This document shows, one piece after another, positions 46,640 to 57,916 of a stretch of 64,000 nt of DNA. The notes beneath the pieces were generated by a model. It was not told where the DNA came from, ran no database searches, and worked only from the letters and a program-made list of their open reading frames with translations. Origin of the DNA: Nemertoderma westbladi. Its lineage: Eukaryota; Animalia; Xenacoelomorpha. The position numbers were made by a program, and so were the translations under genes. The stretch is from contig JAUCBJ010008121.1 in the NCBI GenBank assembly GCA_032718475.1, positions 1 to 64,000 on the forward strand, written 5' to 3'. The first letter of the stretch is position 1. Every line of letters starts with the position of its first letter.

Positions 46640-48230
46640 TAAAATATAACAAATCACAGTTTCTAAAATATAAAGATACTCTAAACAGTTAGTCTTTCTT
46701 ACGCAGACGGCGTTTACGCAGTTTTTTGAGGCTAGCAAGAGTCCTTCTCTCTCTGGGGCGAGCCACTTTACTAGGGGGGCTATAAATCCTGGGTGAAGGG
46801 TGCAATATGATTGCATCAAAAGGTGTAGGACTATGGTCGGGGTATCCGCCGTTTCGATATGCTTCTCCTCGAGCTGATTTTCCTCCGCTCGTAGCTGGAT
46901 ACGTCCATCCAAAACTCTCGCAGAGAATGGGGGTTGTCTAAGTTCGATATCTTCTTAGAGATTCTGGATTTCACAATCGAACTGAGATAAAGACAATTCG
47001 TTTATCGCTTGGACTTGCTGTTACAACTTACGTTTATCTGAACAAACGCAGGTTTCCTTTCTGATCTTTGTAGAATAGCGTTTAACTCGTTTGGTACAAC
47101 GCTCTCCGCCACTTTGGTGACAGGTTATATCGTGTTAAGCCGGGACGATGGTAAGGGTTAAACGGCGATATTAAATGTCCGCGTCCCAATCCGGCTAGGT
47201 AGAATGGGCTAATATCTAGGAAGCCCACAACTAGGGTGCCACCGACTAATTGTTCAGGTAACCCTAGATCTTTGAGCAGTGAGTACAGCTCGGGAGGATC
47301 CGTCATACTAATAGGATCAAGAGTCTGAAGTCTCACTAGGGAATGAGGAGTTCTGATCGAGTATTCCGAAACTCTGATCATTGGTTTATTTAAGGATCGT
47401 CTGAGTCGAACGAGCGTAGGTGATACATCGAACAAGTTTCGCTCGAAACTCCCGTAAGTATAGCGAGTAAAACCGTGTTTAAAGCAACGTCTCCGCGGAT
47501 GTTTATGTCTTTCCGTTTGTTGGTTGGGTCTTGGGCATTCATCGCAATAATACCAAAAACGCACGTCTTGTAGGGGAAACGCGAGTGATCTTTCTCCAGC
47601 TTACAATATTCCTCCATCCGTTCGAAGCTATCCGGTACAACAGGTAGCGATCGATCGGCGGTAAGATACATCATAGTGGAATAGAGCCGTTTGAGTCCTA
47701 CCATGCGGTCATGATGTATACCTTGAGGATATCGAGTTTCTAGATTCTGTTGACTGGTAATATCGAGATAGGTTTCTCTCAAGAATTCCAGGTATTTGGT
47801 GAAGTCGCTGCATTTATCCGGCTCTTCGACATCTGCACTTTCGAGTCGGTTTCGAATAGAATTTTCGTGTTCGAGTCTCAGTTTATCGTTCCGCTTCCGC
47901 TGGGTATGATATTTAAATAAACCATTTCCCTTTGGTGTCTATATCGTTCGTATCGTGTAGGTCGATAGGATGACCAGTAGTTAAGAAGTCCATATACGTA
48001 CCATTACGATGCGTATAGCGAGCGGTGAATTTTCTACAGTCTAACCCACGCGCAAGTTGCTCCCGGGACATTGGCGGTTAGATATAACGACCATCGTCCT
48101 CCGTAGTAGTTGGACCAGCGTCGCCGCGTATCAAGCTATCAACAAACGCTTGTAAAGGTAGAGTATATCGTTCCCTGATACCAAGATCATCTTCTATCAA
48201 CTCAATCATATCTGCTATATAAGTTTATCC
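46640..48230 (-). pseudogene. Decayed ~500-codon ORF of unknown family downstream of BEL pol
   Basis: Consecutive minus-strand frames join with few stops and frameshifts: YIADMIELIEDDLG...MDFLTTGHP / ...FTKYLEFLRETYLD...ALNTVLLAILTG / ...LYSLLKDLGLPEQL / ...LDGRIQLRAEEN; GC higher than flanks. Confidence 0.6.
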
Positions 48231-49040
48231 ATATTATAATGAGTTTATATTTAGGCGAGCGGGCGTCGCTGCCTACCCCTCTCTGCCCCCGGACAGTGCG
48301 AGATCCTCAGCGCTGGTGTACTTTCGCCGATGTGCCTATCGCCAACGTCGTAGCTGCACAACGACTACAACAACCAGCACGAGCCACTCCACCGTCCGTC
48401 CCAAAGGCTTAGATATACTTCAGGTTCTTACTGGAGAGTTAGGGTTACTTTCACAATTGCGACTCGCTACTGTAAACACACTTTAGTAGTAACATTCACC
48501 TACAAACGCACAAATTCCACGTAACAGTCACAAATGGTACACATTCTATCACACATTCGGGTCATTTGTCCGTTAGTCAAGTGCCTTCCAGAATGTCACG
48601 TTGTTATTATGTATCCTTGGATACTAGCGGTGTGCTATTTATTCCGTATGCTATTCAATACGCAAGCCCTTTATTGTTCTTTTAACTCACTTCTAATTCT
48701 AGCGTAGTTGTTGCCATGGTGACATTATGGAAAGCTAGCGGTAGAATTAGGGTAACTCTCATGCATACAGATCTGGGATGCTATTTAATAGTAATTCTTT
48801 AATGGTCAATATCCCCTTTATACATGATTCTATGAATTTTATCGGCTATTGACTATACATTGGAGATTCTCACACACAAATACACTTAATATAGTGAATC
48901 TCCGCTCCCATGATCTATTAATTAATGGAATTTTGGGAATGTTATAAATTGCATAAAATTGCAATTTATTAAATTCATTAAAGTATGAATTTAAATTTAT
49001 TCCCTGAAATTTTATTATTTGATAGTTAAATTGACACAAT

Positions 49041-49350
49041 TTGATTCCAGAGCAGGTCTGGGGACATAGGATCCTTAATTCTATGAAAATTGTCTTTTAA
49101 GAGTATCGGTAAGTGCTACGATTACTGACCGACTAGAATGGTTAAAGGATCTGAATTTTACAGATTTTGATTTATAGATTTGTAAATATTAAATAATTAA
49201 TATTTGAGGATGGGCACCAGTTTATTCCAGAACTTGTCTGGGGACGTTAACCACTGATTCTAGAATTTTGTCTTTCAAGTATATCGGTGGGTGCCGCGAT
49301 ATCTTAATCGACTAGAATTGCAGATGGTCAAAGGGTTTAACAGATTTATT
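49041..49350. repeat. Diverged 180-bp-period direct repeat
   Basis: attccag..gtctggggac..tgtcttt..tatcggt..gactagaat..acagattt at ~49044 and ~49224. Confidence 0.75.
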
Positions 49351-49864
49351 TTGCGTTATACGCTACTGTTAAAGGGACATCACGCTACTATATGTATTAT
49401 TTAATATACGGTATGAGAGCAATATCGCACGAAGCAATGTCAGTGTGAAGAGGCAAGTCGTTTCCAAGGTCTACCCAGAGCTTGGTTTAGCCGAGACACG
49501 AGGATCTGAACTTTGCATTCCTAATACTCTGCCTACCAATAATACTTGAATATAGTAGTGGCTTTATTGTACTTTAATAAGTACGGACATTTCATCTTAC
49601 TGTAGTTACGTATTTATAATATAATACGGACAGTAAGGAAAGAGAAAAAACACTTGTTTCTCACCGTCACACTAAATATAATATAAGTAATTACGTACGC
49701 AATAAACACGAACATATTGCACTATTCTACTAAATAATCGCTAAATAATATTCTACTAAATTAAATAAAACGATTATAATAAAATTACATAGTAATACAT
49801 ACATAAATATAAAAATAATAAAATAATATAAAATAATAGAGTCACACGCCCACTCCGAACGATA

Positions 49865-52800
49865 TTAAGTTGGGGAGTCCCTAGATGTCGGTTGGATTAG
49901 GGAAGTGGTCGTGGGAAGAGTTTCTTGCCTTCCATAGTTTCCGGAGAGCTCTCTGTCTCTTTCCAGTAAACATAAACGACCCACTGGGCGGTTGAGCTGT
50001 TGAGTCTCAAAGACTATCCCTGGTTTCTTAAAGTTACGCCGCATGACGACGAGTTCTACTGATCTCACCAAACCATCGCTCGAGATATAAGTCTCGATGA
50101 TACGTCCTGTTTGCCATCGCTTACGTGGGAGATCGGGGTCCACAATAAGCACCATGTCTCCAGCGCTGACGTTTTCTTGCTGCGCAAACCACTTAGTTCG
50201 AAGTTGTAGAGTGGGCAAGTAATGTTTCTCGAAATGGTCAGCGAAACGACGGGATAGCAACTGCATAAGTTGCCAGGTTCGACGGCAGTACTCGTCTCCG
50301 TCTGTGATCTCCGATCGTGGGAGCATGGCTACGGGTTTCTTCAGTAGAAAGTGCGCGGGTGTTAGCGCTTCCAGGGAATCAGGACTTGAAGAGACTGGCA
50401 TAAGCGGTCTTTCGTTGAGATAAGCGGCGATTTCCTCCATTAACGTCCGCAATAGTTCGTCGGTGAGATAAGCGCGACAAGGTACAATAAAGTGGAACGC
50501 AGTCTTCACGCTCCTAATCAATCTCTCCCAACTTCCTCCCCACCAAGGGGCGTCGGCGGCGTTGAAGGTCCAGCTAGATGCTGTTATCTTTAGCTGATCG
50601 TCCACCTGTCTCTTGTTCCAGTCCTTTACGTAAGCTTGAATTTCGTTGTTGGCGCCAATGAAGTTCGTTCCCTTATCCGATCTCATCGTGTTACTGGTTC
50701 CGAAACGAGCGATCTGTCGTCGTAGACTCAACACGAAGCTGTTGGTGGATAGATCGTTTACCATATCGAGATGGATAGCTCTACAAGTCATACAAACGAA
50801 GATGACACACCATCTCTTGACTATAGTCCGGGCACGATATACTTCAATAGGGCCAAATAAATCCACACCGGTATTAGTAAAAGGTGGTTCATAGAAGCTT
50901 ACTCTTTCCCTAGGTAATTCTGCCTCTCGCTGTGTCAAAGGCCTACTGAATGCTTTCCTACAGGGTATGCAGTTCCTAAGGACTTGGTTCAGAGCCCTAC
51001 GGGGTTTATAAAAATAGAAGCGAGTTCGAATTTCGCTCAGAACTCGTTCTCTTCCAGCATGATACAGTTTGCTATGAACATCTACAATCATCTTGATTTG
51101 TATGTCAAGATTTCTAATGAGTATGGGAAATTTAGTGTCAAAGGATAATGGGGCGTTGGTAAGCCTACCTCCAACACGTATTAACCCATCTATCATGGTA
51201 CTAGAGAAGCGATCCCTTAAGCGCATCTGCGGATTTCTTAACAACAGGAAATACTTATCGGAATCCTCATAGCATTGTAGGAGTCTTAGCATCTGTTTGT
51301 TGGTTTCATCATGCTCCTGGTAACTGATCTTCTCCTTTAGAAACCTGTCGGATATCTTGTATTTGGGAAGATCTTTAACAACATGGACTCGTGCAGACGT
51401 TGATGGAGCATCATCACTATTGGTCTTTGTCCCGGAGTAACGATGATGAAAACATCGTTTTAAATAGGTGACGGCTTTACAGAGCCGATTCCAGGAGCTG
51501 TAGTGACGTATCGCTCTCTGCAAGAGGGGTGAGAGTCCTTGCGCGATATCTGGTATTCCAGATTTCCAATCCTTGTCACGGATTTCCAAGACTTCTTTAG
51601 TCGTGGCGGTGGGTTTCTGATCCAAAGCATCCTCTCCGGAAGTAAATAATACAGATAGATCAACCGCAGGTTTAAACAACTTCGATTTACTCGCTCGAGT
51701 TTTGGGTTTAACTTTCTCCGCTCCCTTGGCCTGTCTGATCTCTGCTGTTGTGAGATGGGGAGGCCATTCTTCTTCTTCTCGGTAGAGAAAGTCGGGTCCA
51801 CCTAACCATTCGGGAGTATTTACCAATTCCTTTGGAGTCGCTCCTCGGGAAGCGATGTCTGCTGGATTAATCGTTCCGGGGCAATGTCTCCATTGGTCCA
51901 TCGTCGTGCGACTAAGTATGATGGCTACTCTGTTGGTAACGAAGACGCTAAACTGACAGACTTCATTGGTTATATACTCTAACACGAGTAAAGCGTCGGT
52001 CCAATAGACAGTTTTCTCTAATGGATAGTCAATCTGTTCTGTTACATTCCGGCCGATGGCTGTAGCGTATAGAGCCGCTTTTAACTCCGCTCGAGGAACT
52101 TTCAACTTGTTGTTGATTAATGCCTTAGAAGTAACCAAGGCGACTTTGATTCCATCCGGAGTTTCCACTCTTAGATAGGCTACTATACCTATTCCCATAT
52201 CGCTGGCGTCTCCAAACACATGGAGTTGATAGGAATACGTAGGGAGAACATGACCAAAATATGAACGGGAAATTATAAAATCCTCGATAGCCGGCAGAGA
52301 ATCTTCCCATTTCATCCACTTCTTTAATAATTCTCCCTTAAGTGGATCGTCCCATGAGTGGTTTTCAAGCCACATTTGTTGTACCAAACTACGAGCAATC
52401 AATATAACTGGGCTAATAAATCCCAATGGATCGAAATAAGTGCTCAGTATACTTAAGCAAATCTGTTTGGTTCGAACTGGATTATCTCGCTGTTTTAGCT
52501 GGAAAAACAGGATATCTCGCTCTGTGTCCCATTTCAAGCCGAGTGTCTTGGTTTCTGGCAGATCATCTTTGATCAAATCTAGATCTTTCGCCCCTCGATC
52601 TTCCGCAGGGATCGACTCCAGAAACTCACGGGAGTTGCTGGTGAATTTCGTTAATCGAAACCCACCTCTTTTTAAGCACTCTACCGTTCCTTTAGCGACC
52701 TCAATGGCTTCCTCAACTGATGGAAGGGACTTCAGATTGTCGTCCATGTATATGTCCCGCTTGATGTTGTCGATCACTTCCTTAGAGAAGGCCTCTCGGT

Positions 52801-55800
52801 TGTCCTCTGCAGTGGCACGCACTACCGAACAGGCGTTGGAAGGGCTTGAGATTATCCCAAAGGCCTGGATGGTCATCCAGTACTCCACCGGTTTCTGGTT
52901 GAGGTCTCCTTCGGGCCACCACAGAAATCGTAGACTATCTCGATCCCTATCTAACACTTTGACTTGTAAGAACATGCCTTCTATATCGGAGGCGAAAGCA
53001 ATCGAATATTGTCTCAATCTTAAAAGAATTCCCAACAAAGATTGAAGTAAGTTGGGTCCGGGTAACAATTCAGAGTTAAGGGATTGACCCATGTAAAGAG
53101 CGGAGCCATCAAACACTACTCTCACTTCATGTGGTTTACCGGGTTTAGGAACGTAATGGTGAGTTAAGTAATACGTTCTTTCAGTCACAGGTGTTTCTTC
53201 CGGTACTTTCTCCGCGTATCCCTTACTAATAAATTTCTCCAGCTGTGTTTGATACATTTCTTTAGCTGAAGAATTAGCCGTAAGGCGTCGATGGAGTTGC
53301 GCGATTCTTTTTTCCGCCAAGGGTCTGTTATTGATGAACTTCGGTTCTCTCTTGCGGAAAGGTAGACCGACTTCATACCTACCTTGATCTTTGAGGAAAC
53401 GTGTAGTTGTCTCTTGGATCTGCTTGGCCCTTTCCTCTTCCACCGACAAGGCTTTATCGTAGGAATTGGGCTCTACCGCCTCTTGCAAAAAGAATCGTAC
53501 GGCATGTTCATCTCGAGTCTTGGCATTACAACGCTCAATGACGTCATTTAACTCGTCGTTATAAGCTTCTCGTTCAGATGGATAAAGAAGTTGACATAAG
53601 TTCACTTGGTTTTGCCAAGCCTCGTTTTCCTTAAGGAGATCGATGGTATTCTCCTCATCAAAAAGCTGGTGAACGTTGTCGTTATCTGAGGAGTATGGGG
53701 TTCCCTCAGTTAAATCGTCTCCCTCACTAGCATCATCTTCCCATTCACTCACCTGGCAGACGCGCTCTTGCGGTAGTCTTTCTCTGAGTGTTCTACGGGA
53801 AGGGCCAGTAAAGTACCAACCTACTCTAGTTCTTACCGCATAGGTCTGTAGTGGCTGCGGTTGAGCAGGCCGTTTCTCTAATGTCTCCAGCGCCTCATGC
53901 GCGTTTTGGCCCATGAGTATTTGCACTCCAGGATAATCAGTCTGGAATCGAGGTATGTTAAGATGTTGGATGCTCTCATCCTCGTCCCAATTATAAAGGT
54001 CTGCTTGAGTAGTAGCGAAGTTCTTTATAGCCACCATTTTCACTGACCTTATGCTATGTTCTCCTAGTTCGTCCTGTGGGGTGGACAGCGCGCCTACATA
54101 ATAATCAGCTGTTACTGTAGATTTCCAAACTTGCATAATGCCGGACATGTTTAGCTTAGTTCGGAACTTGGGTTGTCCAGCAAATATGTCTTCGGCTAGT
54201 TCTTTATCAATGAATGTTCCTGTGCTGCCGGAGTCCAGGAGGGCGTTCACTATATAGCTCTTCTGAGGTCCATGGACCCGTAACTGGACTACAGGAAATT
54301 CACGGATTCCTACATCGGAAGTTGGTGCTTTCCACAATGGTTGTCGATCAGAAGTAGTTAGAGTGAAGTCGCTATCTGTATCTTTTTCATATGTGAGTGC
54401 TCGATACACTGCGGTATTTATCATGTAACAGGATTCGTTTTCGTCGGAGAACTCGTCCGTATAGAATCCTTCCATCTCAGATTGATCAGTGTCGTTCACA
54501 TCACTGAATTGGACATGTAGTTCGGAATCACTTACCTGATTAGGACTATTTCGATCGAATTCAGCGTGCAACAAGATATGATGTTTCGCACCACACTTTG
54601 CACACCTTATGTCAGAGTAACAGGTTCGCCGTTGGTGTCCTTGTCTGAGGCAATTATAACATAACCGCTTATCCCACATGACTTCTCGTCTCTCAGTTAA
54701 TGATTTCTTCAGGAATTCATCACACATATTGAAACGGTGGGTCCCGTCACACAGCGCACATTTCGGTTTGATGTTACTCACCTTACTCTGAGTCACATTG
54801 TGTACACTTGCCCTTTCTTCGGGCTTTCTCACCTGAATTCTCGTGGGAGACGTAGGAGGAGTTTTTCTTACCTGTTCTCTCCTGTCATTTGTTCGAGACT
54901 TGAATTTACTTACCTGATCTTTAGGCATTTTATTTACGTAATAAGATCTATCAGTGTCTTTCCCGCTATCTTCTCCTTGAGAAGTCTGGCTTTCGCCGTC
55001 GTCTGTATAACACACTGGTGTTACCTTTCTCCTAGAGACGGGTTTTTCACTTACCTTGTTTTCCGGTGTCTTCTCCCTGGACAGTTTCAGGAGCTGTAAT
55101 TTCACTTCTCCATCTAGGAATGACATGAGATCAGCCATGGTAGGGTCTCGTCGTTGTTGTTCCATCATATATAACACTTTCTTATCCCAGCGTGTACCTA
55201 CTCCACCCTTCGGTAAAGTAGAAGCCACTGCTCTTATAACCATAGTATTCTGATACTCATGAGACTTACCTAGCCAATCTAATTGTCTGCAGATCTCCTG
55301 AATCTCATCGGAAAACTCTATAATTCCGCTACTAATAAACTTTCGGGGCGCTACCAACTTTGCATACAAATACCCAGCTATGTTATTCCTATTACCATAC
55401 CTGATGTTTAGTGTATCCCAAACTTGTCTTAATCCGTCTGGATGTCCAATAAACTTTAACGCCATTAACTTGGGAGATCCTTCCAAGCACTCGATGAGGA
55501 ATCTAAGTTTCTCTCCATTAGATAGCACAGAGTTCTGTATGTTATCTTTGTAATATTCATTAAAAGGTAACCATTTCATCTCATCTCCATTGAACTTGAC
55601 GATCTCTCCCACCTTTACCGCTTGCCGGGCTTCGGTTCTAGCCATTTGACGCGTAAAACTTTCTTGGGACATCGTGTTATTTAATATCGAGTTATCGGTA
55701 TATAAATTTCTCGGATTATGATCCGGTCTATAGGGAATATCATTATCAACAGGTCTATAATTACCCTTAATAGGGTTCACTATAGGAGTTTCTACTTCGC

Positions 55801-57916
55801 TAGCAGTATAGATGCGTGTAGGCTCCACACCTTGCGCATGAGATACTTCAGACCTAACAGGTTGACACATTGTTACAAGGGGTGGTGGTATACCCTTTTG
55901 TAAATTTACTAATTTATCACGTTCTAGCGCGATATTTTGCTGCACTTCCTGCAACTCTAACCTACTTTCCTTTACGGTTCCCTTTAACTGTTGAACAGTC
56001 CCTTCTAACTCTCGGACCTGTTGGGAGGAGCGCATTTGATTCTCCTCCATCTTTCCGAGGAGAATGTCCATCCCCCGCCGTCTCTCGTCTACCCAATCAA
56101 CCGCCGAAACGGGATCCGCCAACGTTGTAGCGGGCGGACGAGGGACAACGGGCGACAAATCATGAATATTTCGCTCGGAGTCCAGGGCATGAACTGTCTC
56201 TTGGGCTGTTCTGCTGGGCACAGGTAGCTTAGTGCTGTGCAACGGGAATTGAGAGGTAGGTTCAGGGAGTACAGGTGTCTCTACGACCGAAAGGGTGGCT
56301 TCGGGAACAGACCTAACTATTTCGGGCTCATCTACTATAGTAGGGAGTCTCTCTATTGTAATTATTTGGTCTGTGGGTTCTGTACTACCTAAGTTGGTGT
56401 TATTTAGTTGCCTTCTAACAGCTGGAGGCAAATCAGGCAATTTTTGACGGTGGAATGTTCTTTTACGTCTGCTTAGGCGAGATCGATCTCCTCCGCCTTC
56501 AGTGTCGGTGGTATCGCCTTCCTCAGATGATGTATAACCCTGTCTTTTGGGAGTAGATCGATTCATCATCTGCATATTACTAGCTGTTAACTGTTTATTA
56601 AAGTTGTCTTGTCTCTCTTGAAGATTTTCCAACTCTAGTTGGGCAGTCTCTTCAGACGCCTTTCGTTCTGCTTCTGCCACTGCAGCTGTCAAAGCCGCCT
56701 TTCTTTCTGCTTCTGCCACTGCAGCTGCCAAGGCTGCTATCTTTCTGTCTTCTATGCGTTTTTTCTTCACCCTTTCTTCTTGGTCTCTAGCGATGCGGAG
56801 TTGTTCATCGAATTTAGCTTGGTTCGCCGCTAACCTATCCACGTCTATGGCGTCAAGCACACGCTGTGCTCCTTCACTATTAGGGTTAAGTCCGTCCAAC
56901 CTTCTCCTCAACTCTTCATCACCTACGAAACGCTGATAGTCTGACAGATAGATGTCAATGGCATCCCTCTTATGCGGTTTCTCTGCCGTCGCTTCACCTT
57001 CCACTTGGGAAAAAGTAGCGTCTGTTGATTCTCCATGGGTTGAGCGCTCCTCCAGCTGAGCTTTCCACTGAGCTGTTCCTTGAACCTGGCGACTCACCCG
57101 TTGAAACCAAGTCTTTACGGCAACTTGCAACGACGTGTCTTGTCTTCTTTTAGAAGCCTCTTCAAAGGCTGATAATATTAGCCTGATTCGCAGAATTCTT
57201 TCTCTAACTTGATAAAGCAGTTGTCCCTGCTCTTGAGGTCCCTGAGGTTGTTGAAACAGTTGTTTTTCTACTCGCTCCATAGAGCTGAAGAATCCCTGTG
57301 CGTATCCGGCTGCGGACCTCTTCCACACAGCTGGATCGATGGTTTCCTTGGCTACTCCCATCCTGTGTATGTCTTCCCAGGCAGCTTCTGATAAATCAAA
57401 TGGGAGTCCGGGTCCGGGGAAGTTCCATTGCGACTCGACCATAGACTTCAGCTCTTCCCTTGTGTATCCCTCATAACTATCTTTAGTTGCTCGCTTATTT
57501 CTCGCCCAATCGATCTGGTGTTCTTCCACCGCGATCAATAACCTAGTGAGTACGGCTGCAGGAAGGATTAGAAGGGGATCCGAATAAACCGTATCCGCCA
57601 TCTTTGCTCCGCGCTCGGGTGTCAGTTCTACAGTATCCTCACTACTGGAGCTGTTGGGCCGCTGAGAAATAAGTTCTTGGCTCGCGGGTGGTTGCTGTTC
57701 CGCTGCTTCTTGGTCCCGCTTGACCTGAGCTCGAGTGCCTATGATAGACCTACGATGTTGGACCAGCCTAGGTTCTGTTATTACTACTGGAGGGATGACC
57801 TTCCTCACAGTGGGAGGTGAACTGAACTTAGGACTAGACGGTTCTACACCTCTATCTGAGTCGCAGATAGTTACATCTAATAAACTGTCTGACAGGTTCT
57901 GCTTAGTATCAGACAT
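49865..57916 (-). CDS. BEL/Pao LTR-retrotransposon gag-pol polyprotein, intact, 2683 aa
   Basis: DUF1759-type gag (KFNGDEMKWLPF), three Cys/His knuckles, protease LLDSGS, RT YMDD, RNase H FGDAS/WTDA, integrase HHCC plus VDLFGP/SDKGTNF/GGSWER; PPT-like GGAGTGGGCG|TG just after the stop. Confidence 0.96.
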   Translation of the reverse strand: MSDTKQNLSDSLLDVTICDSDRGVEPSSPKFSSPPTVRKVIPPVVITEPRLVQHRRSIIGTRAQVKRDQEAAEQQPPASQELISQRPNSSSSEDTVELTPERGAKMADTVYSDPLLILPAAVLTRLLIAVEEHQIDWARNKRATKDSYEGYTREELKSMVESQWNFPGPGLPFDLSEAAWEDIHRMGVAKETIDPAVWKRSAAGYAQGFFSSMERVEKQLFQQPQGPQEQGQLLYQVRERILRIRLILSAFEEASKRRQDTSLQVAVKTWFQRVSRQVQGTAQWKAQLEERSTHGESTDATFSQVEGEATAEKPHKRDAIDIYLSDYQRFVGDEELRRRLDGLNPNSEGAQRVLDAIDVDRLAANQAKFDEQLRIARDQEERVKKKRIEDRKIAALAAAVAEAERKAALTAAVAEAERKASEETAQLELENLQERQDNFNKQLTASNMQMMNRSTPKRQGYTSSEEGDTTDTEGGGDRSRLSRRKRTFHRQKLPDLPPAVRRQLNNTNLGSTEPTDQIITIERLPTIVDEPEIVRSVPEATLSVVETPVLPEPTSQFPLHSTKLPVPSRTAQETVHALDSERNIHDLSPVVPRPPATTLADPVSAVDWVDERRRGMDILLGKMEENQMRSSQQVRELEGTVQQLKGTVKESRLELQEVQQNIALERDKLVNLQKGIPPPLVTMCQPVRSEVSHAQGVEPTRIYTASEVETPIVNPIKGNYRPVDNDIPYRPDHNPRNLYTDNSILNNTMSQESFTRQMARTEARQAVKVGEIVKFNGDEMKWLPFNEYYKDNIQNSVLSNGEKLRFLIECLEGSPKLMALKFIGHPDGLRQVWDTLNIRYGNRNNIAGYLYAKLVAPRKFISSGIIEFSDEIQEICRQLDWLGKSHEYQNTMVIRAVASTLPKGGVGTRWDKKVLYMMEQQRRDPTMADLMSFLDGEVKLQLLKLSREKTPENKVSEKPVSRRKVTPVCYTDDGESQTSQGEDSGKDTDRSYYVNKMPKDQVSKFKSRTNDRREQVRKTPPTSPTRIQVRKPEERASVHNVTQSKVSNIKPKCALCDGTHRFNMCDEFLKKSLTERREVMWDKRLCYNCLRQGHQRRTCYSDIRCAKCGAKHHILLHAEFDRNSPNQVSDSELHVQFSDVNDTDQSEMEGFYTDEFSDENESCYMINTAVYRALTYEKDTDSDFTLTTSDRQPLWKAPTSDVGIREFPVVQLRVHGPQKSYIVNALLDSGSTGTFIDKELAEDIFAGQPKFRTKLNMSGIMQVWKSTVTADYYVGALSTPQDELGEHSIRSVKMVAIKNFATTQADLYNWDEDESIQHLNIPRFQTDYPGVQILMGQNAHEALETLEKRPAQPQPLQTYAVRTRVGWYFTGPSRRTLRERLPQERVCQVSEWEDDASEGDDLTEGTPYSSDNDNVHQLFDEENTIDLLKENEAWQNQVNLCQLLYPSEREAYNDELNDVIERCNAKTRDEHAVRFFLQEAVEPNSYDKALSVEEERAKQIQETTTRFLKDQGRYEVGLPFRKREPKFINNRPLAEKRIAQLHRRLTANSSAKEMYQTQLEKFISKGYAEKVPEETPVTERTYYLTHHYVPKPGKPHEVRVVFDGSALYMGQSLNSELLPGPNLLQSLLGILLRLRQYSIAFASDIEGMFLQVKVLDRDRDSLRFLWWPEGDLNQKPVEYWMTIQAFGIISSPSNACSVVRATAEDNREAFSKEVIDNIKRDIYMDDNLKSLPSVEEAIEVAKGTVECLKRGGFRLTKFTSNSREFLESIPAEDRGAKDLDLIKDDLPETKTLGLKWDTERDILFFQLKQRDNPVRTKQICLSILSTYFDPLGFISPVILIARSLVQQMWLENHSWDDPLKGELLKKWMKWEDSLPAIEDFIISRSYFGHVLPTYSYQLHVFGDASDMGIGIVAYLRVETPDGIKVALVTSKALINNKLKVPRAELKAALYATAIGRNVTEQIDYPLEKTVYWTDALLVLEYITNEVCQFSVFVTNRVAIILSRTTMDQWRHCPGTINPADIASRGATPKELVNTPEWLGGPDFLYREEEEWPPHLTTAEIRQAKGAEKVKPKTRASKSKLFKPAVDLSVLFTSGEDALDQKPTATTKEVLEIRDKDWKSGIPDIAQGLSPLLQRAIRHYSSWNRLCKAVTYLKRCFHHRYSGTKTNSDDAPSTSARVHVVKDLPKYKISDRFLKEKISYQEHDETNKQMLRLLQCYEDSDKYFLLLRNPQMRLRDRFSSTMIDGLIRVGGRLTNAPLSFDTKFPILIRNLDIQIKMIVDVHSKLYHAGRERVLSEIRTRFYFYKPRRALNQVLRNCIPCRKAFSRPLTQREAELPRERVSFYEPPFTNTGVDLFGPIEVYRARTIVKRWCVIFVCMTCRAIHLDMVNDLSTNSFVLSLRRQIARFGTSNTMRSDKGTNFIGANNEIQAYVKDWNKRQVDDQLKITASSWTFNAADAPWWGGSWERLIRSVKTAFHFIVPCRAYLTDELLRTLMEEIAAYLNERPLMPVSSSPDSLEALTPAHFLLKKPVAMLPRSEITDGDEYCRRTWQLMQLLSRRFADHFEKHYLPTLQLRTKWFAQQENVSAGDMVLIVDPDLPRKRWQTGRIIETYISSDGLVRSVELVVMRRNFKKPGIVFETQQLNRPVGRLCLLERDRELSGNYGRQETLPTTTSLIQPTSRDSPT

